This document shows, in pieces, positions 1 through 20,176 of a stretch of DNA of 64,000 bases. Position numbers and translations under genes: made by a program. Numbering within the stretch: the stretch's first letter is position 1; the number at the start of each line of letters is the position of its first letter. The DNA lies in the NCBI RefSeq assembly GCF_009914755.1, contig NC_060927.1, one strand, 5' to 3'. The notes beneath the pieces were generated by a model. It saw only the letters and a program-made list of their open reading frames with translations, was not told the origin of the DNA and did no database searches. This DNA is from the human T2T-CHM13v2.0 reference genome, Homo sapiens.

Positions 1-135
1 AGTACCTGGATCCAGCCACCCTGAAGATGAGAACTTCAACTATTCGAGAAATAATGTTCATTTTTTTCCCCCTTAAACTTGTTTGAATCAGGTTTATAGG
101 TTTATGTCTCTTGCAACTAACATAATTTTAAGTAA
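1..135 (+). mobile_element. Old MLT1-type (MaLR) LTR, 3' end fragment
   Basis: ctggatccagcc..cctgaag ... tgtctcttgcaactaa resembles the MLT1J/K 3' end (recalled consensus). Confidence 0.5.
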
Positions 136-431
136 TTCATAAAATTTCCATGCATATTCTTCTTACTTCATGAATCTAAGTCAGGTGAAACTTGTATTTC
201 CATTCATTTAATATATATGTACTCAGTGAATATTGTACAATGCAATGAAAGGGATAAAAAGATTCATTAGATATAATTTGTACCCTCAAAGGAAAATGTG
301 AAGAAAAATCTGTAGAAATTAATTGACCTTTTAGAGACAGAGAGAAAGTGAAATTTCTGTTTTCTTTTCTATAAATGATGTATTATGATTTTTTTTTTTT
401 AAGGAAGGCAATTAGTTAAGAAATCCCTAGG

Positions 432-850
432 ACACAGTATTTAGGAGCGTAGGTGGTTTTTTTGTGTTTTGTTGTTGTTTGTTTGCTTGTTTGTTTGTTT
501 GAGACAGGGTCTCTGTTGCCCAGGCTGGAGTGCAGTGGCACTATCATGGTTCACTGCAGCCTCTACTTTCTCAGGCTCAAGTGATCCTCCCCGCTCAGCC
601 TCCCAGGTAGCTGGAAGGACAGGTGTGCGTCACCATGCCCAGCTAAAGGAGCAGGGGTTTTACATCAGACAACCTGGTTTAAGCCTGTTTCTGTCTCCTA
701 CTACATGATCTACAAGTTACTTCACTTCTCTTAGTATTCATTTTCCTGTCTACAAAGTTAGTACAAATATACCTGGGTCAAATAATTTTTTGAAGATTGA
801 GAAAATACATACAAATTATATATTATGCCAGATACATAGCATTAAGTGGT
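432..850 (+). mobile_element. MIR SINE interrupted by an Alu right monomer
   Basis: MIR core-like cagacaacctggttt...caagttacttcacttctct...ttttcctgtctacaaa. Confidence 0.6.
457..646 (-). mobile_element. Alu right monomer (FRAM/AluJ type)
   Basis: (TTTG)n tail, gagacagggtctc...ctcaagtgatcctcc...cccagctaa; degenerate TSD aggagc..agg.ggtttt. Confidence 0.9.
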
Positions 851-1780
851 GGTTTTTAAAAGAAAATACTTAATACATGATTCAGTATAGTTCTTCACCA
901 ATTTTAGAATTTTTGGTTTGGTATCCAACACACAAAAAAGGCTATTTTAATTTGTATCTCCAGCCCAGTTTTATTTCTATGCATCAGGCTCCATGCAGAT
1001 GTACAACTGCATACTGGTTATAGCCACTAGAATTTCTCACAGGCACATGGACTCCACCATGTCCAAAACCAAATTTAGTATTTCTCTCTGACCCCAAACC
1101 CACGTCTGTTTCTGCAATCTCCGTTTCAGTAAATGGTACCATCATGCACCAGAATCCCAGCTCACTCCCACACGCCCTCACTCCCCACATTAAATCAGTG
1201 GCCACAGTAGCCCACCAGCCTTCTAACTGGTCTCTCTGCCTCTATCCTTTTATCCCCTGGTCTGCATTCTGCACAGGAGTCAACTGATCTCCTCAATTCG
1301 CACACTTCCTGAAAACCAACAATGGTTTATCACTGGCCTTAGGATAAAGACAAACTCCTTAGCATGGACTACCTTTCTTCATGTTCCAGTGTCTTCACTG
1401 CTGCAGTCTGGGCTCATAACCCTTCCAAACCACACCCACCTCACCACCCCATGGTCCAGCCCTAGAAACTTCTCTCATCCCTCCTATACCTGCTCTATTT
1501 TGTTTCATGGAGTTTGCATATATAGTTTCTTTTTCCTGAAAGAGTACTTACTTCTCTCTCCTTACACCTCTCGCTTCATTTGATCTTATTTTTTATGTCC
1601 TAACCTACCTGTTATTTCTTCCAAATATCTCAGCCTTCCCTTACCAACACCTGAAGTAGGGATTATAATAGCATCTGTACCTTTCTGTGACAAAACCTAC
1701 CACATATTTTATTTCTATATAAATATGTAGATATAGACATAGTGTAGTAGAATTATCAAATTCAGTGTCTATTCCAATGC

Positions 1781-2616
<836 letters not shown>

Positions 2617-3715
2617 CACTTGGGTAAAAGCTCCATGAGGCCAGGCCACATGGGGCTGTTTCACTGCTATTTCTGCAGGGCCTTGCACAAGGTCTGTCAG
2701 AGTGCACGTCTCAGTAAATATGTGTTGAACTGATGAAAGCTTATTTTAATCAGGCATTATGTAGTAGTAAGCTCTCCACGAATCCAGACAATTCACTTGT
2801 CCCTGAGGGAGATGGTGGACCCAGCGGTAATGAATGGTTTATGTCCCAATCTGACGTATGTCAGGCTGATGTCCTGTACAGTAAAATGGGATGAGAACTT
2901 GCTGAGAATATGGCATTAACATTTTAAAAGATATCATGGGAAACAGTAGCCAATTCTTTCCCTATATCAAAAGCAGCTGGCAACACTGACCTTGGTGATG
3001 CAAAGACCAGTGAATAACTGTCACTGAACAAGTGTGATCTATTTTATAAAGCCCTATTTTTAACTTGACTTGGAGCCAGTTTTTTGACTGGACAACTCTC
3101 ATGCAAACATCTGCTGCCAGCTTTTTCCTTTTATGCATAGTGGGCAGCTTGTGCAAGAAAGGAAGTTGTCAGACAGTGGCTGGGCCCCTGAGTCAGTGGA
3201 CAGCTGAGCTCTTCCCAGTTTTCCATAGCAGAAAAGCCCCCTGATCGAGTCACTCCAAGCACATTCCAACTGACAGTATTTGACTTTGGAGTGGGCTCCT
3301 GAGATCTTTATAAATTTTTTTTCCAACAGTTATTTAAAGACCTGATACAGATGAAAGACCTCAAAGACCCTCAGATATATCCCAGGAGGCCTCTTGGACC
3401 TCTTTCCTGAAGTAAAACTGGATTCTTGTGGTCAGCCATTCCACAGGGTTTTGAGAGCCTGTTATGTGTCAGGAATTTATTAAGTTTGGGGTTTTTGTTT
3501 TTTGGTTTTTGTTGTTTTTGGCAGTAGAGAGGTCAATGAGTAAATCAGTGGCAGGAAAATTAGGACAAACCTTTCATCTGGTGCCAGGTTTCAGGTCTGA
3601 GCCAAATGTGTAGGAACAGTGGGGACTGGAAAGAGATGCCTCTGTACCATGTATGTCATCCCCAGAGCCACCAAAAATGAAAGTCTCCCTCCAAAGAGGA
3701 ACTGGAGCATCCCAG

Positions 3716-3850
3716 AGGTAGTGTTCTTAAAAGTACAGATGTGGGCTACCTGTGTCAGAATTACCTGAGCCCCACCTGAGACCTACCTGAGGTTATGGGG
3801 CTGGAGCCCCAGGTGTTTCTAATGCATACTAATTTTGAGAACTATTGTTC
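3716..3850. mobile_element. MER5-type hAT MITE relic
   Basis: gtgttcttaaa...cagaattacctg...ccccaggtgtttctaatgcatactaattttgagaactattg. Confidence 0.55.
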
Positions 3851-4824
3851 TGGGCAATTTAAGGAAGCTGGGAGGAAATCATCTCATTCAGTGTGGGGGA
3901 TTTGGTCTTTAACATCTCAAAGACCTGCCTTCCAGGAAGCTGACATCCCCAAATGGAGAATCATAAAAAGCAGAAGTCTCAGAATGTGCCTGAGCAATTC
4001 GTTATTTCCCACTCACTCGTGGAACTGGCCTTCAACATTCACCAGTGGTGGTAAATAGGTTCATGTAGCTTGTCACGGTAGATTGGAATGGACTCTTTGA
4101 GGCACTGTGTTGTGGATTTTGAGTTCATAGTTTGGCTAATTGACTACAAAACTCTTTCCTATGGAGCCAAACCACAGACTTTTGATAGGGGAAGAGCAAA
4201 CCCCTTACAATTTTGCCTGTCACTGCCTTACCTCATCCTCTATCACTTTCGAGAAGGAAACAAAGGCATGCGTGTAAATGTCCAACTCTCTGTTCTCATT
4301 CTGAAGAGGATGCAAAGTTGGACGGGAAGTAAGTAGCTTTTGAAATCATACAATTGCAAGTTTGCCCACTCTGTGGGAATCTATACACTTTTGCATCTCT
4401 CTCCTGTAGTGTAGATCCCGGGAAAGCCTGACCCAAGAGAGCAAAATAAAAATAGAATTTGTTTGGAAATAAAACAAGATAGATCTACAACCTTCCATGA
4501 CCTGTTCTCCCTTTCGTAAGTTGAGGATCAGTAGAAAGTAATTACACCCTTACTGCTCTAAATAAAATGCCACTTACTTTAGAGATGAGCTCTCTAATGT
4601 GGCCAGGGCATTTGTTTTATTATAGCTGACTTCCTTAATCAAGGAAATTTGTGTACTAAGGTGGTGGAAAAGAAAATGATGAAGCTGGAAATTGGAATCA
4701 TTCACTGTTAGAGAAAATTTGTATGAAACACAGCTTTTTAAAAAAATTTTGGTTTTTTGTTTTGTTTGTTTTTATGTTCTTTGATCAAAGAATAGTTGCA
4801 ATGCCTATTGCCTAAATTGCCCAA

Positions 4825-5020
4825 TATTTTTAATTTTTATTATACAAAATGTTATACCCACAACATATCTCTAACACATATACAAGGTATAAAGATAACA
4901 ATTATCCATGGAACTGCCACCCACTTTTAGAAATAAGCCCCATAGCACTAGAGCCCCCGAGTGCCCCTACCTGATTGGATGCCCCTGTCTCTCTACCTGA
5001 CCCTTCCAGAGACAACCAAT
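4825..5020 (-). mobile_element. Old L1M (L1ME-like) 3' end fragment
   Basis: ttttaatttttattat...ccacccact..agaaata...ccagagacaacca. Confidence 0.45.
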
Positions 5021-5138
5021 ATTTAACCACCTTGAAAATATTTCATTACTTAAGGGAAGTGATCTTACTAACTCCTTACTAGGTATATACTTGAAGCCTT
5101 TTCATTGAAAATGCTCCAGACTGGCTAGCCATGATTGA

Positions 5139-5444
<306 letters not shown>

Positions 5445-5834
5445 CACGATTTAACCCTTACTTGTTCCAATTTATGTTCCTCCTAAATGGCTAATGTAGA
5501 AAAACCTTTGGGTTTTACCATAAAATAACAGGTTGCTTTAATGTGGGAGTTGGGAAAAGGTTCTTGCCATTAAGTTTCCAAATATGACAGAAACATTGAG
5601 GAAACCCATGAATGGCAGACTTTCCTGGAAGGGAGAATTTGGAGAACAGAGACAGATAGGTACGTATAGTAGGACCTAAAATTAAAGCCAAGTTTCCTGG
5701 CAATTGTACAAAGAAAGGATTTCAATCTCATCTACAGGGATTTTCATTTTTTTTAAGCACAGATGGCAGGGTCCCATCTCAGACCTTCTTAATCTGAATA
5801 TTTGAAGATAGGGCCTAGGTGTGTATGTGAGTTT

Positions 5835-7292
<1,458 letters not shown>

Positions 7293-8559
7293 TGATAGAG
7301 GGGAGCATGGACGATGAGAGCAAAGGGTCTGGAGAAAGATAAGCATGCTTCACTCTTTCCAGAATTCACAACTTATCACTCAGTTGGAGGAAATGCTTCC
7401 TCTGCCCATTTGACTTGTTATTTGGGTTAATGCTGTTGAAAATGCTCATCTTCCAACTATTTGTTGATTTTCTGACTCCCAGAGAGCACTCATCTCCAGG
7501 TTTTTATGCTGCACTCCACTGATGCTCATCAACACCAACAGCAGTGGTCGTGTCCTCAACCAGTGCCCAGTTTATATTATGGGATATTTTTCATTGATAA
7601 TTCATTCAGATATTATCCAGAGTTTCTACATACAATTGCCTCATTAAGTCATATTATCCTGTTTGCTGGCTCTAACATGTTTTCTGAAACAACTGTAAGT
7701 AATGGTGTTCACAATTGTATGAATTTCATGCCTGGTACAATCTGATTTTGGAGAAGGAGGGTCTTGAGGAGGAAGATGTGAATGCTCTCAGGTCATATAT
7801 TAGCTCTGATTTTGTCCTCCAATCTATGAAAAATATATGCGTGTATATTCTTACTGCATTTATTATGTTTTCTTAAATTTAATCATAAGCCTATTCCAAA
7901 ATTACCCTTCCTTCTATAACCAAATTTCCTGGGTTTAATTACTTCTTAAGGACCAATTAATTTGGATGTTTTTTTCTTTTGCCCTGTCAACATCCTAACC
8001 CTCTATCCCTCAAGAGATTAATTTAAAATTCTGGAGAAGGTTTTGGTTTTGACAACTGTGCAAAGCTATCCTTTGGAATGAACTGGTCTGGAATCACTCA
8101 AGATTTTAAACCCCCTTAAAACTGGTAAGAAAAGAAGATGTTGAGCATCAGAAACACACTCACTGAGTACACCTACCTGTGCCCCATAACTAAGGCTGCC
8201 TGCTGGAGTTATACGAAATTAGGTTTTGTTATTGGTATTCAACATGAGCTATTATATTTCTCTAATAATAACTTCAATAATAATATAATCTTTGTTTAAC
8301 ATGGGCACCTGGTTAGCTAAATGAGACCCCAGCTGTCAGTGAAATACCTACCCCAATATAGGAGTTAAAAGTTAATAAATTCACAATATGAGTAAAGAAA
8401 ATAATAATAATGCTTTGCTTCCCTCCAAGGAATTCAAAGCACTGTGTGGGTACCATTTCATAAATCTCCATATAAATCTTAGGTGCATGATGGAAAAAAG
8501 TGTTTTAAACCTTAGAATAAACTGACTATGAAATTATAGTCTGTTTTGACTCTAAAATC

Positions 8560-9245
8560 AATCCCAAATCAATCCACTTCTCTCCATCTGCATGGCATCC
8601 ACGTGGTCCAAGCTGCCATCATCTTGCCTGAAATACTAGATAGCCTTCACAAATCTCCCTGCACTCATTCTTACCTCTCTTTAATCAGTCCCTCACGGAG
8701 CCCTCAGGATGTATTTTTTAAATTAAAATCAGATATCACTCTTAAGCTAAAACCATTTGAGTGGATCCTCACCACTCTCTCTTCTTACTCACTCTAGCTA
8801 CTTCATCATGCTTGACTTCCTTTCTGTTCCTCCTATAAGCCTAGTGCTTGGCTGTCTCAGGGCCTTTAAACTTCCTGACCTGCTCTTGAGCAAACTCAGG
8901 TTTTAACATCACTGGTTCACTGTCTTCTTCCAGCTTTTATCTCTTAGCCACCTTAGCATAAGTTCTCCCTTAGCTTAGAGTAGTTCCCTCCCCCAAGTTA
9001 CTCTCCATCCTACACATATCTATTTTCTTTATAGCATTTATTTTCCTTAGTCCACAATTCTTTTGCTTATTTGCCCATATTTATTGCCTGATGCTCCTTG
9101 CCCTTGAACCAGCCACAGCCTGAGACTAAGCTCCTGAGAGCAGGCAAGTTACCTGAGATATTCCACTGGTGCATCTCCATGGCTTAGCATGGTGCCTGGA
9201 GCACAGTAAGTGTTCATAAATATTTTTTAAATGAATAAACGAATG
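8560..9245 (+). mobile_element. L2 3' end
   Basis: ccacttctctccatct...gtccaagctgccatcatct; ends gcacagtaagtgttcataaatattttttaaatgaataaacgaatg. Confidence 0.8.
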
Positions 9246-10911
9246 TTGACATAGTTGCTGTCTGTATCCTGCAGCACTCCTCTTATTCTCGTTTTCCATA
9301 GTCACATCTAAATTCAAAATGTGTGTGCATTTGTGCACAAGTGTGGACACATACTGGCTGAGCCTTTATTTTCCACCCAGGCTGTCTGCTGTACCTTATG
9401 GAAACCTCTCACTCAGTAATGCCAAGTTCTCCCTCTCTGCAAGTAATACCCAATATCCAATCTCCGTTCCTACAGAGAGCCTTGCTGCCTGCATTCAAGT
9501 CTCTTGTTTCCTCCTGGCAAAGCTTTGGTTCATGTTGAGTTGTCCTGTGATAAAGAAATCCCTTCTTTTAATCCAGGGCCTACATTATTATAGAGTGAAT
9601 TTTCGTAAGACAAGGGGTATGAATGAGTTAGTGCAAAAATGCAGGGGACAATATCCAAAAACAAGCAGGTAGAAAAAAAAATTCCATCTGGAAAGTTTCC
9701 TCCTATTAATGCTACGGATTCTGTTACATTAATGAATCTCATCAAAGGTCCCTTTCGACTGTTTTGAGTTTATCAAATTCCTGATGATAGATCATAAATC
9801 TAATTGTCTCTTTACAGACCTTTTTTTTTTTCCAAAGCAAATTTCTTCCAGGTGCTTGAGTATGAATCAAGCCCTGACTTTAATTCACTGATAGGAATTA
9901 GCCTCCTTAATAAACTTAGTCAGAAGCCGAGGCCACTGCGGCATCACCACACTCAGATACTTAGCTGCTAATCAAATTCTCCTCACTTCCTTCACAGAGG
10001 GCCAGGAATCCTTTGGGGGCTAAAGAATCAGACTCATTTCTGTGCATGGGTAACCTCCATGGGGAGTCCATTCTTTATTAGACTTTCAGATCAGCCATTT
10101 CCAATCTTATTCATTGGTGAGAACAGCCCTTTGTGCTTCCTGTTGTTTGGTCTTGCTGCAACGAGCAATGAGCAGTGGTGGGGCCAGGACAGCAGAGACC
10201 CCTGGAGCCACACCAGCCCATTTCACCACCTTGTCATAATTCACTACTTCATCCCTTTTTTTTTTAATCGAGAAACAGACTTGGACATATCTGTTGTATA
10301 TGTCAAAGCCTCTCATTTGTCAAAGTGTTAGTGGTCCAGTGTCAACATAAATACATCTGTCCATAAATCTTGACAGGTATAATGATTTGTTGCATTTGAA
10401 AGGCATGACTCTAACATTAGACCCCTTTTTGATTCCTAACATGATTATCTTTAAAGTCAGGCATTTCAGATGCCTTCTGAATTGGCTTCTGTCAAGTGAT
10501 TGAGTAGCTCCCGCTGACTTATCTACTCTTATGAAGTTAATACCAACATGGCTCCTGCTGTCTGTCCCCTGCATCGAAGGCCACCTGGACAGGGGCAGAA
10601 ATTACCTTCTTGATGTGCTCATTATTCTTTGCTGTAGAAATGCCTCCATTGTCTGGCTTTTGTTTTGGTTTTCAGTAGGATACTGTTGTGTTTTTTTGTT
10701 GCTTGTTTTGCAGCAGGGAAATGGGTTTGGCACATTGGTCAAATGAAGCATTTCCTAGCACTCAGCCAGGAAACTCATAAAGCTAAAAACGTGAAAGCGG
10801 GCCTCTGCTGTGAGATAGCAAATAGCTTTGTAATCATTTCACAGTGGAATCTGCAAACCCAAAAGGAAGGAAATCTCATCTGGTGGTTAGACAAAAAGAG
10901 CTCTTTTTTGT

Positions 10912-11110
10912 ATGATAGTTAGCATTTATTGAGTGTTTATTAGGTGCCAAACCCTATGCTAAGAGCTTCCCATGCAGTATCTCATTTAATCTTCCCAACA
11001 ACTTACAGATACTATTAAACCCACTGCCCAGGAGCAGTCTCCTAATTTGCCTAAGGCAAACAGCTGGTACTGGATGGAGCCGATATTTGACACCCAGGTG
11101 TCTGACTCAG
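10912..11110 (-). mobile_element. MIR
   Basis: agcatttattgagtg...tatctcatttaatcttcccaacaac...cccaggtgtctgactc. Confidence 0.75.
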
Positions 11111-11826
11111 TAGTGGTCTGATTCCTTACCCAAAAGGTTTAACCACAAAAGCAAAAGGCTTCAACCTTCTTGCCTTTGTTTCACTTGCTAAGGCACCAGG
11201 GCTTTCTTGCTGCTTGAATTGACACTGCTCTAAAATGTGCACAGTGTCCCTGGGAAAGCTTCCGATCATGCATGTGTGTGCTAACAGGTGTCTGAGATGA
11301 CTCTGAGTTTGGCTATTTACTTTGTGATTTGGAAATCTTCCTAGTTCTCAGAGAATTATGTAAACTTTCAAACAGGTAGATTAGAAATATTTTAACTTTA
11401 AATAATGTTTTCAACTATGACTATTGCACTTTTAAAAAATACTGAATCCTCTAACAGTTTTTTTTAATCCATTCAATTTGCAATCTCTTCTTCTACCTTT
11501 CTTGGTTTTCTTCCTTCTTTTCCCCTTCTTCTTTCTTCCCATTTATGAAATTACTAGTACTGAGAAATCTACTCTGCTGATGCCTTTTGCAAACCCTTTA
11601 ATCCCAAATAGGTTTCTTCCTGTTCTGAGATTCCTCTGAACCCTACCTCTGTTGTTTGTTTAGATACACAAAACAGGAAGTGTGGCCCACAAGGAAAAAT
11701 GAATTAGATGCTAAATCTGCTGCAAACAATTTCCTTAGGGTACTCACTTAAAAGCATATTTTCCTATTTGAGTTTGACATGCATTTATTAAATACCTACT
11801 ATGTGGACTCAGGGGAAAAAAATTAA

Positions 11827-12205
<379 letters not shown>

Positions 12206-13030
12206 CACATTTCTTACCACCTAAGGGAATAATTTTAAAGCAATGTATAACACGTATAATGAGGACAATATATAGATGTGCTAATATATTTTAGATTAGG
12301 AAAAATTGTGGAAATGTATGAAGGCTTTGTGAAAGAAGCATAATTAATGTGATTAATACAGTGACACAGTAAGTAATAGATAGGTACCTTCAAACTGGGC
12401 ATGAGGAAAAGAAGCACACACAGGCAGGATGGATGCATAAGCAAAGCCGTGAGATGGAAGTAAAAATACTATTTGGATAGAAAGGATGGCCCATGGAGGA
12501 ATGTAGACTAAATCTCACGGTGATATAGACTCTGTGGCAGGAGCCATATTCATTTCTGGAACACCAGTGTTCAAGAATACATGAATGAATGAATGCTTTA
12601 GGTATAATAACTTGTCACCTGTGTGAAGGATAGTTTGAAATGGAGAAGTGGATAGGGAGGCAGAAAACCGCTGCTCCTGGTCTTTGAAAAGCTGATGTCT
12701 TCTTGGCCTTCACACTCCACTTAATCATCACCTCTTCATTGAGAGCTTCTCTGATTCCCAGTTGACAGTTGCTAATCAATCATGTTCTATCACATCACCC
12801 AGGGAAGACAAGCTTTCTACTTCCAACAATGTAAAAAGAATATGTTCCTTTCCCCTAACTGAGCAGTCCCATCTATGGAGAACGAAGTCTTACCTGACAT
12901 GAGTTTTGTAAAACCTAGCTTTCTTTTCACCTCCGGCTACGCTTAATCCCTATGGAGCACAAGATGGAGGCCTATAGGCCAGGAAGGGTGATAAATCATA
13001 GAGATCTCCACTCTAGGTAGGTTATAAAGA

Positions 13031-13210
13031 AGTGGTCCTCAAACTTCAGCTTGCACACGGAGAACTTGATAAAACACAGAATGCTGGACACCATTCCCAG
13101 AGTTTCTGATTCAGCTGGGTCTACGGAGTGGTCCAAGAATTTGTAATTCTAACAAGTACCCAGGTGATGCTGATACTGCTAGTCTGGGGCCTATACTTTG
13201 AGAATCACTC
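13031..13210. mobile_element. MER5A hAT MITE
   Basis: agtggtcctcaaactt...cccagagtttctgattcag...aacaagtacccaggtgatgctgat...tttgagaatcact. Confidence 0.85.
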
Positions 13211-13536
13211 ATAGAGAGCATAATGAGGGTAGAGGAAAGTGGGTGTCATCTAGCTTGACTGCAAGTTGCCACAAGACCCCCATCAGTCGGAGAAGGAACT
13301 GCAATTCAGAAAGGCAACTCCAGCCCCGGGAACTCCAGCATGAACTGTGAATGTCCTAATTACAACAGGCTGCCCCATCAGGAAACCGGGATGCTCCTCA
13401 TAATAAGGCATTATGAACTAGTCACATGCATACAGAAATCCACCAAATGTATCACACAAGCAGTATCTGTTGCACTAGCACTACTGCCCCATATCTCTCT
13501 ACATCTGGTTTATAACTTAGAGTGCACACTCCTCCA

Positions 13537-14136
13537 ATACCATTCTTCACTAAGTCTAAGTCACATACCTTTCCATATTTTACCTTCCCTGAAATCAGGA
13601 TGCATCTTATAATCACTATCCTCAGGCAGTGGTGATGAGTCTTGGGGTGGGAGAAGGGTGATGGTGGGTGATTGTGAGAAGTAGCAGAGAGGAATAGACA
13701 GGGAGAGAGGGGAAGAAGTCGTGCTGGGGTTATGGTTAGAGGAAGGGAAATATGGGGCATCAGAGCAAAGACTTGCAGATCAGAAACTGGGAAAGGGGGT
13801 GAGAAACAAAGGAGAGAATAAAAGAAGCCATGGAAAAGGGGCAGGAAATCAAATGTCACACATGGGACTTCTTTCTGGGCTCACCCACAGTGAGGTTTCT
13901 CTCCTTATTTGCTCCTAAGCTCACTACTTTTCTGTGTGTGTACAATAACAATGTAAGATAAAAATCCATTTAAATGACTTTGAAAGAGCTCTTTCAATAA
14001 GGGTAAAGTAGAAGTTCTATGCAGTGAGAAAGGCTTGTGCTACATTTTAACTAAAGCATTTTTTTTCTTCTTTAGTAGTATAACAATAATGATGCCCCTT
14101 ATAATTGGTGGAGTCTTAGAGCCAGTGAAATTTAGT
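13537..14136. mobile_element. DNA transposon relic (MER96B-like) with purine-rich insert ~13625-13920
   Basis: Inverted ends ttcactaagtctaag / cttagagccagtgaaa; ctgaaatcaggatgcatcttataat. Confidence 0.5.
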
Positions 14137-14325
14137 GATTCAAGGAATAGTGTAATGAGAGAAGAACGAAATACTTATAACGGGGTTGCATTTTCTTAGG
14201 AAATTTTCCAGGTGGCTGTTTCCAACATATTCTGTTTTAATATGCTGCATAGCACTTAGAATAACAAGTAGTCACTCTTCGAATAATATTGCAATTGTTT
14301 GTCTGCCTGTCTTTTTCTTCTAAAA

Positions 14326-14560
14326 CAGGGATGGGCAAACACTTTCTGTTAAAGCACTCGATAATAAATATTTTATGCTTTGTGGGCCATGAAGTCTCTG
14401 TCAAAACTACTCAACTTTGGTGTTTTAGTGAGAAAGTCTTCATAAGACAACACAAAAACAAATGAGTATGACTGCATCCCAATATAACTTTACTTACACA
14501 TAACAGGCTCCGAGGCAATGGGCCTGATCTGGTCTATAGGCCACCGTTTCTTCATGCCTG
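14326..14560. mobile_element. MER58A hAT MITE
   Basis: cagggatgggcaaac.ctttctgt...aactactcaact...ataggccaccgttt..catgcctg. Confidence 0.85.
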
Positions 14561-14624
14561 GTATAGAGTGAGAGAAAATATAAATGTGTATTGTGATCCA
14601 CCATCTTGAACCAGAAAACACATA

Positions 14625-15045
14625 TTTTTCATAACGCTTTTCTTTGAGTTATCATTTATGTACCACAAAATTCACGCAGTAAAAGTGTACAGTTCTATAG
14701 TTTCTAATATACTCAAGGATGTGTGCAGTCAATTTTATAACATTTTCATCACCTCAAAAAGAAACCCTGTACTCTTTATCTTCCACTCCTCTATCCCCAC
14801 CCCCAGCTTCCACCAGCCCTTAGCAACAAGGATCTCCCTTCTGTCTCCATAGATTTACCTATTCTGGACGTTTCATATAAATATATGTGGTCTTCTGTGA
14901 CTGGCTTCTTTCATTAAGTATAATGTTTTCAAGGTTCATCCATATTGCAGCATGTGTATCCATACTTCCTTTTTGTGGCCAAATAATATTCCATCATGAT
15001 ATACTACGTTTTGCTTATTCATAGTTGATGGACATCTGGATTGTT
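14625..15045 (-). mobile_element. L1MB-type 3' end
   Basis: aaaagtgtacagttc...acattttcatcacctcaaaaagaaaccctgtac...ttgatggacatctggattgtt. Confidence 0.85.
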
Positions 15046-15132
15046 CAGAAAACATTTTCGAGTCTTTTAACCTCTTTGTGTCACCAAAAACTCTAGAACT
15101 CAAAAGTGTACCTGGACATACACAAACATTGG

Positions 15133-15543
15133 TGATATAGTTTGGGTATTTGTCCCTGCCCAAATCTCATGTTGAATTGTAATTCCCAGTACTGGAGGTG
15201 GGACCTGGTGGAAGGTACTTGGGTCATAGGAGTGGATCAAGCCATGAGTGGCTTGGTGCTGTCTTCATAATAGCGAGTCCTTGTGAGATCTGGCCATTTA
15301 AAAGTGTGTGGCATCTCCCCCTAACCCACTTTCTCTTGCTCCTGCTTTCGCCATGTGACATGCCAACTCCGCCTTTGCCTTCTGCCATGATTGTAAGCTT
15401 CTTGAGCCTTTATCAGAAGCCAAGCAGATACAGAGCACCATGCTTTAGTACAGCCTCTAGAGCTGTAAGCCAATTAAATCTTTTTCCTTTACAAATTACC
15501 CAGTTTCAGGTATTCATAGCAATGTAAGAATGGCCTAATTACA
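15133..15543 (+). mobile_element. MSTA solo LTR
   Basis: tgatatagtttggg...cccaaatctcatgttgaattgtaa...gcctaattaca; TSD attgg/gttgg. Confidence 0.9.
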
Positions 15544-15764
15544 GTTGGGAACCTCTTAAGTAGAAAGTTTCCATAAAGTGAGAGTGATTAATCCTGAATT
15601 ACATTCTTTAAAAAATAGTAGAGAGTTTACTATGGTCAGAAAATTGATAAGTACCACTTTAGCAAAGCACTGTATTCCTAGCCATACCCTACAGTTTCAC
15701 ATAATAATATTAATGATGGAAAATATTTGCAATAGGATTCTTTCCTACTTGGAGTTGAAAACAA

Positions 15765-16150
15765 GCATTTCATTTAGGACATAGCTTGTGCCAGGCATCT
15801 TCTAGGCACTGAGCAGGATAGATGTCTCTCTTCCCATGGTGCAGACCCTCTGGTATGGGGAGACATTTAACAAGCAAGCAGACACTTTCAGATGTTGATA
15901 ATTGCCAAGACAAATGAGAATAATGAGGTAGAGGGTGCTTCAAGGTGGGAGGAAATGTTGCTATTTGTGATCACCAAAGGCCTTTCTGAGAGGAAACATT
16001 TGGGCTGAGACTTAAATAGTGAGAAGCTAGCCATGGGAATATCTAGGAGAAGAGTTCTCCATATTGAGGAATGCTCTAGGGTGGGAATGGGCTTGACATG
16101 GTCACGGAGGAGATGAAAGTTACCATGGCTGGAAACTGATGAGCCTAAAT
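15765..16150 (-). mobile_element. L2 fragment
   Basis: tgtgccaggcat.ttctaggcactg...aaggcctttctgagagg..acatttgggctgagac. Confidence 0.7.
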
Positions 16151-16458
16151 GAACCACATGTTTAGACTTTTTTATGTTTTGGAGGTTATGGACTTAGACC
16201 TGGTCACTGAGACACAAAATTTCCACTCTCTTTCCTAAAGCTAATGCATACCTCATGCAAATTTCAGCAAATACAAAAGCTATGTCTACAAATAATATCA
16301 AAAAATGCAGGAATTCAGACGAATTGTGTGCACTTTTCAACAGGTAACTGAACAAAGTCATAATTGCAAATCTCCTGGTTTTACTTGTCACTAATAATGT
16401 CTCTTACTTGACCAGTATGAAGCCAACATTAAAGTTCCACATGCTATGAGAATTCTAA

Positions 16459-19859
<3,401 letters not shown>

Positions 19860-20125
19860 TTACAAGAGGAAGTGGTGATATGCTTAGAAAGTATAGAGAA
19901 ACTGAAATCCCTTAATTGGGATTTCAAGTTGTACTTTAATTAAAAAAAGACCAAGGTGACCTTCCAGTGAAAAACTCTACGAAACACAGTATGAAAGAAA
20001 ATGAGAGGAATCCGACATACCTTTCTTCATCTCTCATCAGCTTGACCCTCAAATTACCCAAACAAAATGTTCCAAAACTGAAATTCAAAAGTATTCCAAT
20101 TCCTTCTTTGCTTGCTTCCTAGAGG

Positions 20126-20176
20126 AAATATTTATTTATTTTATATATTATATATATATATATATTTTTTTTTTTA
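20126..20176. repeat. AT-rich low complexity with (TA)n and poly-T
   Basis: tatttatttattttatatattatatatatatatatatttttttttttt. Confidence 0.85.
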
